Positions 23,652 to 30,675 of a stretch of DNA of 32,000 bases are shown here, piece by piece. Each line of letters starts with the position of its first letter. Within the stretch, counting starts at the first letter, position 1. The notes below the pieces were generated by a model. That model saw nothing but the letters and a program-made list of their open reading frames with translations, searched no databases and was not told where the DNA came from. The DNA comes from Candidatus Velamenicoccus archaeovorus (GTDB lineage: Bacteria; Omnitrophota; Gorgyraeia; Velamenicoccales; Velamenicoccaceae), in NCBI RefSeq assembly GCF_004102945.1, contig NZ_CP019384.1, forward strand, positions 1,800,001 to 1,832,000, in the 5' to 3' direction. A program made the position numbers and the translations under genes.

Positions 23652-25493
23652 TCAGGGCCTCCCGAAAATAACGACCAGCACCAGGATCGTCACGAAAACA
23701 TAAGCCAGGTACCAATGGATACTGCCCATCTGAAATCCGCGGACGTACTGCGCCAGCCTGAAGAGACCGCCAACCACGGGATCATATAGATATCTCTTAA
23801 AAACTGGCGTTGTGGACGTCTCGTAGCTGAATTCCTTGACGTGATAAAAAGAATCCCGTATCTTCTCGGTCTTGCGGTAGGGCAGAAGGAAAAAGCCGAA
23901 GGCGATCCGAAACGGCTTTGAAAATGCCGTGGCCGTGTATTCCGTGCGGTGATCCAGGCGGTAATAACCGCAGCCCCACGTCCTGCCGACCGTGACGGAA
24001 TGTTTACGCGAGACCAGACGGACGAACGCATAAACCGCAGCTATGCCTGCACTCAACGCCAGCATAATCATGGGCGTACGCAGACAGGCATCCGTGCCCG
24101 GGAACCGGATCAGCCCCCAGGAACCGGACAAAAGCCCGTCCCAGACGGCCGGCGGCGGTTTTAAAAAACTCGCCGCCACGGCACAGAGCATTTTCCAGAC
24201 GAGGCCGGCGCCTATCCCTAGGGCGACGGTCAACGCCGCCAAAAAAATCATGGCACTCCTCATGCTCAAGGAAACTTCCCCGGCCTCTGCGGCGGCGCGG
24301 CTCCTGGGCATGGCCAAAAACGCCACGCCGAAGGCCTTGACAAAACAGGCGGCGGCCAGGGCGCTTGTCAACGCCAGACACGCCATCATGCCGGCAAAAA
24401 ACAGCTTTCCGCCCGAGGCCGCATCGCGCAACCCGGCAAAAAAGACCTGGAAGATCAACCACTCGCTGACAAAACCGCTCAAAGGGGGGAGCGCCGAGAT
24501 GGCCATGGCTCCGACGAGAAACGACGCGGCCGTCTGCGGCATGCGCTTGATCAATCCACCCAGCTTCTCGATATCTTTGGTGCCTGTTGCCACATGGATG
24601 CTTCCGGAACACAAAAACAAGAGCCCTTTGAAAACCGCGTGGTTGACCGTATGGTAGAGGCCTGCGGCAAAGGCCGCACATGCCAAAACCCACCAGCCCC
24701 AATGCCAAAAGATCATGCCGGCGCCAATGCCCAAAAGGATGATACCGATATTCTCGACGCTATGATACGCCAGAAGCTTTTTGATGTCGTGTTCCATCAA
24801 GGCATAGATGACGCCCACGAGACACGAGATGCCTGCCGCCACAAGGATCGCACTGCCCCACCACACCGGCGGCACGCCCAGCATCCCGGCGATAAAACGC
24901 AGGATGCCGTAGACGGCCACCTTGATCATGGCGCCGGACATGATGCTCGAGACCGATGCCGGGGCCTGTGGATGGGCATACGGCAGCCAGATATGCAGAG
25001 GAACGATGCCGGCCTTCATGCCGAAGCCGGCAAGAAAAAGACCGAAAAGAATATTCTTTAAACCAACCGGGAATGCGGGGGCTGCGGTACGGATCCCCTC
25101 GAAATCCCACGTCCCGGCCTGGGCGTGCATCAGAAGAAAGGCCGCCAAAAGAAACGCGGTGCCGACATGGGTCATGACCAGATAGATTGTGCCCGCCTTG
25201 ACGGACGCCTCATGCTCATGTTCGAAGACGACGAGGAAATACGACACGAGCGACATGAATTCCCAAGCGAACAGGAAAAGGATAAGATTGGCGCTGGCGA
25301 CGACCGCCGCCATGGAAATGACAAAAAGGGCCGTCAGGCCTGTGGCAAGCGCAGTCCGACGCCTGGAAAATTGCCTGCGCAGATATCCTGCCGAGAAGAG
25401 AAGAGACGGGAGGCTGACCACGACGATGACGCCGAGAAAAAACAAGGCCAGCGGGTCAAAACACCATCGGCTATTTTGACTCAAGAAAAACAT
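23652..25493 (-). CDS. NuoL/HyfB-like antiporter-type membrane subunit
   Basis: The ORF track starts at TTG 25508. The ATG at 25493 follows AGGA. FAWEFMSLVSYFLVVF and LHIWLPYAHPQAP are typical of NuoL/HyfB/MrpA. Confidence 0.85.
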   Translation of the reverse strand: MFFLSQNSRWCFDPLALFFLGVIVVVSLPSLLFSAGYLRRQFSRRRTALATGLTALFVISMAAVVASANLILFLFAWEFMSLVSYFLVVFEHEHEASVKAGTIYLVMTHVGTAFLLAAFLLMHAQAGTWDFEGIRTAAPAFPVGLKNILFGLFLAGFGMKAGIVPLHIWLPYAHPQAPASVSSIMSGAMIKVAVYGILRFIAGMLGVPPVWWGSAILVAAGISCLVGVIYALMEHDIKKLLAYHSVENIGIILLGIGAGMIFWHWGWWVLACAAFAAGLYHTVNHAVFKGLLFLCSGSIHVATGTKDIEKLGGLIKRMPQTAASFLVGAMAISALPPLSGFVSEWLIFQVFFAGLRDAASGGKLFFAGMMACLALTSALAAACFVKAFGVAFLAMPRSRAAAEAGEVSLSMRSAMIFLAALTVALGIGAGLVWKMLCAVAASFLKPPPAVWDGLLSGSWGLIRFPGTDACLRTPMIMLALSAGIAAVYAFVRLVSRKHSVTVGRTWGCGYYRLDHRTEYTATAFSKPFRIAFGFFLLPYRKTEKIRDSFYHVKEFSYETSTTPVFKRYLYDPVVGGLFRLAQYVRGFQMGSIHWYLAYVFVTILVLVVIFGRP

Positions 25494-25706
25494 GCATGTT
25501 CCTGACAAGACAGGGGGTCTTTTTGAAAACGCGGCAGGGAAAAATACGAGGCCGGTGCCTATGGTCCCAATCTATACGATAAACGGCTTAACAACTTACC
25601 TGTACGTCGCACTCCGTCCGGCTTGGATTCCTGTCCACGGGCCGTCTCCATCCCGCCCCATCTGTCATGCAGGGGATGCGCGGCCGCAGGGAAAACAAAC
25701 ATGAAT

Positions 25707-25734
25707 ATTTTAGTCGCCGCGACTTTTTTGTCAA
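25707..25734 (-). promoter_or_regulatory. Candidate sigma70 promoter for the hydrogenase-like operon
   Basis: On the minus strand: TTGACA (25729-25734), 16-nt spacer, TAAAAT (25707-25712). The -35 box overlaps the archaemetzincin stop codon. The implied leader is ~200 nt. Confidence 0.5.
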
Positions 25735-26321
25735 TAGAATTTACGGCGCGTCTTGGCGGGGGCTTCAAAGATGGGGAGTTTTCGGGCGGATATTTTCTGC
25801 GGGATCTTCTGTTGGCAGGCGGGACAGAATTTTAAATCCTTTCTGTCGGTATCTGCGATGGTTTTAGAAAAATGCATGATGCAGGACGCCTGCGGGCAAT
25901 GCGCAAGTCCGAAACTATGCCCGACTTCATGCACGGCCTCCTTGACGCCCCTCTCGCAAAACAAAGCGTTATTCCCGGCTGCGCTGTAAAATTCCGGCCT
26001 CAGGCGCGTCAAGGCGATCAGCGCGTAACCGGTGCGGGGATCTGTCAGGCCGAAAACAAAATCAAGGCCTTGCGCATAAACGTCGGCGTCGATGATCCCC
26101 AAGACCCTCTGTTCCTTTTTACAAATAGGGGCGCACGCCGCAAGCCCGCGAAAAACCGCCGCGGCGTCATACTGCCCCCTGTCTTCGTCAAAGCCTCCTT
26201 GCGGCAAAGGACAGCTTTGCGTCACCGCAACGTCCGCCGAAAACAAGCGGGACAAAACCTCTGCCAGATAATCCAGGCATTGCCCGTGAACCGAACCTAT
26301 GGGCACAAGATATATCTTCAT
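25731..26321 (-). CDS. amzA: Archaemetzincin-family zinc metalloprotease
   Basis: The ORF extends to 26390. I prefer the ATG at 26321 (MKIYLVPIG). The motif HEVGHSFGLAHCPQASCIMHF...FCPAC matches the archaemetzincin signature HExxHxxGxxxCxxxxCxM...CxxC. I count 16 residues in the last spacer, whereas I remember 17 for the family. Confidence 0.85.
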   Translation of the reverse strand: MKIYLVPIGSVHGQCLDYLAEVLSRLFSADVAVTQSCPLPQGGFDEDRGQYDAAAVFRGLAACAPICKKEQRVLGIIDADVYAQGLDFVFGLTDPRTGYALIALTRLRPEFYSAAGNNALFCERGVKEAVHEVGHSFGLAHCPQASCIMHFSKTIADTDRKDLKFCPACQQKIPQKISARKLPIFEAPAKTRRKFY

Positions 26322-26402
26322 GTCAGACGCCTTGAGCCGCGGGCGGCGGCCGCTTTCAAAACGCAGCCCCGCCGTTCCCGGAAAGGACAAAATACAAAAA
26401 TT

Positions 26403-27566
26403 TCAGCTGTGCGCGGGCCACAGCATCCTGATCTCCCGGTCCGTGTAGGCCATCTTAAGCGGACACGGCCTGCCGGCCCGCCTCAGCTTCTTCATTTCAT
26501 CCTGGATCATGCGTGTGCGTGACCATATTTCCCGGCGAGGAACTTTGCGATCCAGCCGAAAAGCCCTCATCTCCGGCTTGTCCAGATAGCAGAAATAATT
26601 CACTTCGTCGAAATGATCGGCGAGCTGAAACGATGCGGCAAGGTCCTGGCGGGTCTCCCCGGGAAAGCCATAGATGATGTGTGTGATCAGGTGTATCGCA
26701 GGATTTAACCGCCTGATATCGTCGATGATCTTCAAGACGTCCTTCACGTCATAATGGCGGTTCATCCGCTTCAAGATCCCGGGAGAACACGACTGAAGAG
26801 GAATGCACATCTCGGCCACCTTCTGGCGGATGATCTCCTTGTCAATGGCCGGATAAAGCCTGGCCAGACGCTGGGGCTCGAAAAAATTAATGCTCAACCG
26901 GAAGTCTTTGTTCCGGAAAGCGGCGAGCAGGTTCAACAATTTCGCGAAATCGGTATTCTTGTCGACGCCGTAACTGCCGCAGTCATCGGCCAGAAGGACG
27001 ATCCTCTTGTAACCCGCTTTAAGCCCGTCGTGGAATTCCGAGATCACTTCAGCCGGCGGCTTGCTCTTGACACAACTCCTGATCTCTTTATAATCGCAAT
27101 ACGTGCAGTTGTTGAGGCAGCCTTCACAGATATGGATGCAATAACTTCTGACAACGGCGCGTCCGCGGGCGAAAAACCTCCTGGTCAATGCATTGGTCCT
27201 GATGACATCCAAGGAAATCCGGGGATGAAAGATGTTATCGAAAAGTCCGTATTGCTCGACGGGGACGATCAGCGCGCGCGCAAACATCGCCCCAAGTCCG
27301 CGCCTGGTCGAAGCCAGGCAGCCGCAGACGATCATCTCTTTTTTGGGATACTTCTCGTAATATTGCCGGATCATCCGCATCGTCCTGTCTTCTTTGATAC
27401 GGTCAAAACCGCATGTCGTCAAGACAATGACGTCTGCAAACGAAGGATTTCTGACGAGCTGAAACCCATTCTCCCGGAAATAATTATAAAAACGCGTGGT
27501 ATCGAATAAATTTCGGGTGCATTCCGGATAGGTGGAACGCAAGAATATTTTCTTGTTCTTTGCCAT
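26403..27566 (-). CDS. Methylthiotransferase-like (MiaB/RimO family) radical SAM protein without an obvious TRAM domain
   Basis: The N-terminal UPF0004-like region has three Cys (TYPECTRN, LTTCGF, VCGCLA). The radical SAM motif is CLNNCTYC. It is ~387 aa from the ATG at 27566 (MAKNKK). The last ~50 aa are basic and do not look TRAM-like. Confidence 0.75.
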   Translation of the reverse strand: MAKNKKIFLRSTYPECTRNLFDTTRFYNYFRENGFQLVRNPSFADVIVLTTCGFDRIKEDRTMRMIRQYYEKYPKKEMIVCGCLASTRRGLGAMFARALIVPVEQYGLFDNIFHPRISLDVIRTNALTRRFFARGRAVVRSYCIHICEGCLNNCTYCDYKEIRSCVKSKPPAEVISEFHDGLKAGYKRIVLLADDCGSYGVDKNTDFAKLLNLLAAFRNKDFRLSINFFEPQRLARLYPAIDKEIIRQKVAEMCIPLQSCSPGILKRMNRHYDVKDVLKIIDDIRRLNPAIHLITHIIYGFPGETRQDLAASFQLADHFDEVNYFCYLDKPEMRAFRLDRKVPRREIWSRTRMIQDEMKKLRRAGRPCPLKMAYTDREIRMLWPAHS

Positions 27567-27567
27567 T

Positions 27568-28053
27568 TTATCTGACCGTAAATTCATTAGACACGACGCT
27601 CAGCCACGGCCCCTGATTTATCGGAGGGGTTGCCGGCGCACGGTAGGAAATGCGAAGGCGATATGTTCCGGCCGCCGGCCGGACTCTTTCATGGGCGCCG
27701 CCTGTATAGATCCAAGGGTCCCACGCCCAGAACACACTCTCCTGGGGCCTAAGTTCTGCCGGGGCATCCATATCATAGACGCAAAATGGAGGACGACACC
27801 AAGCCGACAAGCTATCCCAGCCCCCCTGGACATTTTTCATCTCAACACCCTCAATGGCAAAAACAGGAGTCTGGCTTCCCAGGTGAGAAAAGATACTCTC
27901 CGGCGATCCGTTCGTTAAGCGGATCGTAACGATCTCTTGCGGCCTGTACTCTTTTTTATCCGTCGTGACGGAAAGACCGGTTTCGCCGAAGGAAAAACCT
28001 GCCCCGCCAAACCCTCCCAGCACCAATAACGCCGCAAGTCTCCACCACCGCAT
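27568..28053 (-). CDS. Secreted hypothetical protein (beta-rich, possibly Ig-like fold)
   Basis: The ORF extends to 28074. I prefer the ATG at 28053 (MRWWRLAALLVLGGFGGAG). Its stop lies 2 nt before the start of the rSAM gene. No family firmly recognised. Confidence 0.55.
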   Translation of the reverse strand: MRWWRLAALLVLGGFGGAGFSFGETGLSVTTDKKEYRPQEIVTIRLTNGSPESIFSHLGSQTPVFAIEGVEMKNVQGGWDSLSAWCRPPFCVYDMDAPAELRPQESVFWAWDPWIYTGGAHERVRPAAGTYRLRISYRAPATPPINQGPWLSVVSNEFTVR

Positions 28054-28120
28054 ATCTCCCCCAATTGATAACACCGGCCGGCACCTTCTTGCTCCCCTTC
28101 CGTCAGAGCGGAGACGCCCC

Positions 28121-29305
28121 CTAGAGTTCTTTGGTCTTCAGAAACTCTCCCCGACCGTTTTTTAACGAAAAGAGCGAGGCCCATCCATATGCCGCAATGA
28201 TGGCAATGAACGGCATCATGGGCACCCTGTATCTTTCCCCGACGTTCCACATCTCGACGATAATGGTCCCGCAGGCAAAACAGATGACGATCAGCAGCAA
28301 AAATTGATAATAGACGTTGCGCCTTATTTTCGTTACGCCGTAAAGAAAACCGCCCATCCAGAAGACCATCACGATATAACTGAATATTTTTCCTATCACG
28401 GCCAAGAGAGGACAATGGAGGTATTTGAAAGTTCCCGGCCTCGTGAAGAGAGACAGGGCGCAGCGCCAGCTCACATTGATATAATAAAGGAGGGGCGGCG
28501 CCCCCAGCGTGGAAGGATCCTGGTTTCTTGAATAGCTGTGAAACAAACCTCCAAAGGCCCCGCCGGTAACAGTCTCCATGGAGATGATGCTGCTGAATAC
28601 GGCCTTATGAAAAATCAAGTAATTCCTTGTCTGCCACAACCCCAGCAAACCATAGGCCACCACCAGCAAAACAAGGGCGTGACCGGCCGCCCTTTTCCTG
28701 TTGCCGGTGACGTTTGCATATGCGATGAAGGCCGCCATGACCATCCCAAGAAAATAAGGGCCCGGCCTGACATACACAGCAGCGGCAAACGCCAAGCCGG
28801 TGAGCACCAGAAATTTCATCCTGCCGGTCTTCAGGTATTTAATAAAGCAAAACATCACCGACGTGATAAGAAGCAAAAACAGCGATTCCGTCAAGATCAG
28901 CAAAGAAAACATGGTGACGGCCGGCGAATAGAGAAAGATCGCTAAAGCCAAGAAGCCCAGCCGATGATCTATCTCCATGGCTGTCTTATATGTAATGAGG
29001 GCGGCAAGAACCGTCAGAAACACCTGGATCGCTATCACGCCGGCCAAGGGGATCCCCCACAACCAGTGCAGAACGCCGAGAAAAAACGGATAGCCGGGGG
29101 CTATAAAAAAATTGGGCTCCAGCTTCCCGTCTGCTCCGTGGCTGGCAAACACCCCCTCCGATACGATCGCCCTTCCTGTATCTAAATACTGGTAAGAATC
29201 GCGCACAAGCCTGGCGTGGGGAACATGGACGATGGAAAAATAAAGCAAAAAGGCTTTTATCAAAAGGGCGGCGCCAATGATCGCGATGAGATATTTTTTG
29301 TTCAT
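28121..29305 (-). CDS. Polytopic membrane protein, GT-C-fold glycosyltransferase-like (ArnT/PMT_2-like)
   Basis: 394 aa with ~10 predicted TM segments. The first TM is followed by a loop containing RDSYQY, and the general layout resembles family 39/83 glycosyltransferases. The assignment is by resemblance only. Confidence 0.5.
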   Translation of the reverse strand: MNKKYLIAIIGAALLIKAFLLYFSIVHVPHARLVRDSYQYLDTGRAIVSEGVFASHGADGKLEPNFFIAPGYPFFLGVLHWLWGIPLAGVIAIQVFLTVLAALITYKTAMEIDHRLGFLALAIFLYSPAVTMFSLLILTESLFLLLITSVMFCFIKYLKTGRMKFLVLTGLAFAAAVYVRPGPYFLGMVMAAFIAYANVTGNRKRAAGHALVLLVVAYGLLGLWQTRNYLIFHKAVFSSIISMETVTGGAFGGLFHSYSRNQDPSTLGAPPLLYYINVSWRCALSLFTRPGTFKYLHCPLLAVIGKIFSYIVMVFWMGGFLYGVTKIRRNVYYQFLLLIVICFACGTIIVEMWNVGERYRVPMMPFIAIIAAYGWASLFSLKNGRGEFLKTKEL

Positions 29306-29502
29306 TCAATGCCCTTGTTTTAAACCGGACAGATGCCCGTTGGTTATTGCCGGGACGATCGGCTCTATTTTAGCATCCTATCGCATATTCATATACATCA
29401 TTGTTTATTTTGACCACGTCCGCCGAATCCCGCCGTGCGCGGAGCGAACGCCCATTCTTTCTGAAGAGACAGGGGGATATCGATTTTTCAAGGCTGGCCA
29501 CA

Positions 29503-29538
29503 CCAAAAAACCCTCTGCCACATTTTCATGGCAGAGGG
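29503..29538 (-). terminator. Rho-independent terminator after the DUF4340 gene
   Basis: Perfect 10-bp stem CCCTCTGCCA (29511-29520) / TGGCAGAGGG (29529-29538). On the minus strand it is followed by T6 (the + strand A-run at 29505-29510). Confidence 0.85.
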
Positions 29539-29594
29539 CCAAAAAGACTGGGACGGCTTCCGGAATGGACCAGCCGGCCTCACTGTCCGCCTCG

Positions 29595-30665
29595 TCAAGA
29601 ACCCGCGGCGGCGCCCCTCTGTTTTCCTTTGGACGCTTGTTGCAGGAAAAACGATCTGTCTTTCTTTAAAAACATCGCGGTCTCTTCAGGGAGGCGGTAA
29701 ACGATATTCCCAGGCACAAGCCTGGCATAATATGATTTTTGCGCTGCATCGAAATTGCCAATCTCCAGCCGATATGAGACCGCGACCTCTTTCTTCTTGG
29801 CGTTCACAATGATCGTGGACGTCGGCTTATCGAAACCGTAGGTCGTGACGTTAGGGTCCATGACATCCCGGGCCTGGAGATCGGAGATTGTGCGCAAAAA
29901 CTCGTCCATCCTGGCCTGGTCGACCGGAGCGCGGGGATCCGGCGGATCGAGCTGCCAACCGGCGGCCGCGGACGGGCCCTCTCCTGATTTTTTCAGGACA
30001 AAGGGACGCGCCGCCGGCGCCGCCTTGATCTCGAGGCGGTCTGCTGCCGCGGCGAGATCGCCGGGAAATATTTTAAGATCCAGGTACGATCGGGCGCGAA
30101 GCTCGGCCTTTGGATCCGACGACAAACCGAGGACCATCAAAAAATTCTTTTCAACAAGAAAAACCTTCTGGGCACCCAATACCCTGACAAAACTCTCGTT
30201 CCATGCCGCCTTTGTGAGACCTACGACCAGATGAACGGCCTCTTTGTCGGCCGTGTTCACAAGAACGATGTGCAGACCTTCGTTATCGGCGATCTGGAAG
30301 TCAGAAAACACAGCCTTGGAATCCGTGCGCAACTCCCCCTTGAGCCCGGAAAGATATTTGATCAGCTCTTCGGGAACGTTCTTTCTGGCCGGTGCGGAAA
30401 ATTTGTTTTCAACGATCCATTCCTTGGCCGCGTTCCTGGAAAAAACGACCTTTTTGGCCTCGCTTCTCCCCTGATACACAATGACCTTGGAGATAAAATC
30501 TGCCGTGATCCTCGGCGTCAACTCGGAGAGCGTAGCTTCTTCGGCTTTTTCAAAAGGGATGGCCCGCGGCTTGACAACCGTCTTTTTCACAACGGCCAGG
30601 AGAACAAGGGCCCCTAAAACAACAAACAGGATGATCAGTTTTTTAAACTTCATAGGATCCGGCAT
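29595..30665 (-). CDS. DUF4340-domain protein (usual partner of GldG-type ABC auxiliary proteins)
   Basis: 356 aa. It has an N-terminal TM anchor (KKLIILFVVLGALVLLAVV) and sits directly after the GldG-like gene. The alternative start is at 30653. Confidence 0.65.
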   Translation of the reverse strand: MPDPMKFKKLIILFVVLGALVLLAVVKKTVVKPRAIPFEKAEEATLSELTPRITADFISKVIVYQGRSEAKKVVFSRNAAKEWIVENKFSAPARKNVPEELIKYLSGLKGELRTDSKAVFSDFQIADNEGLHIVLVNTADKEAVHLVVGLTKAAWNESFVRVLGAQKVFLVEKNFLMVLGLSSDPKAELRARSYLDLKIFPGDLAAAADRLEIKAAPAARPFVLKKSGEGPSAAAGWQLDPPDPRAPVDQARMDEFLRTISDLQARDVMDPNVTTYGFDKPTSTIIVNAKKKEVAVSYRLEIGNFDAAQKSYYARLVPGNIVYRLPEETAMFLKKDRSFFLQQASKGKQRGAAAGS

Positions 30666-30675
30666 CTGTTGCGGG

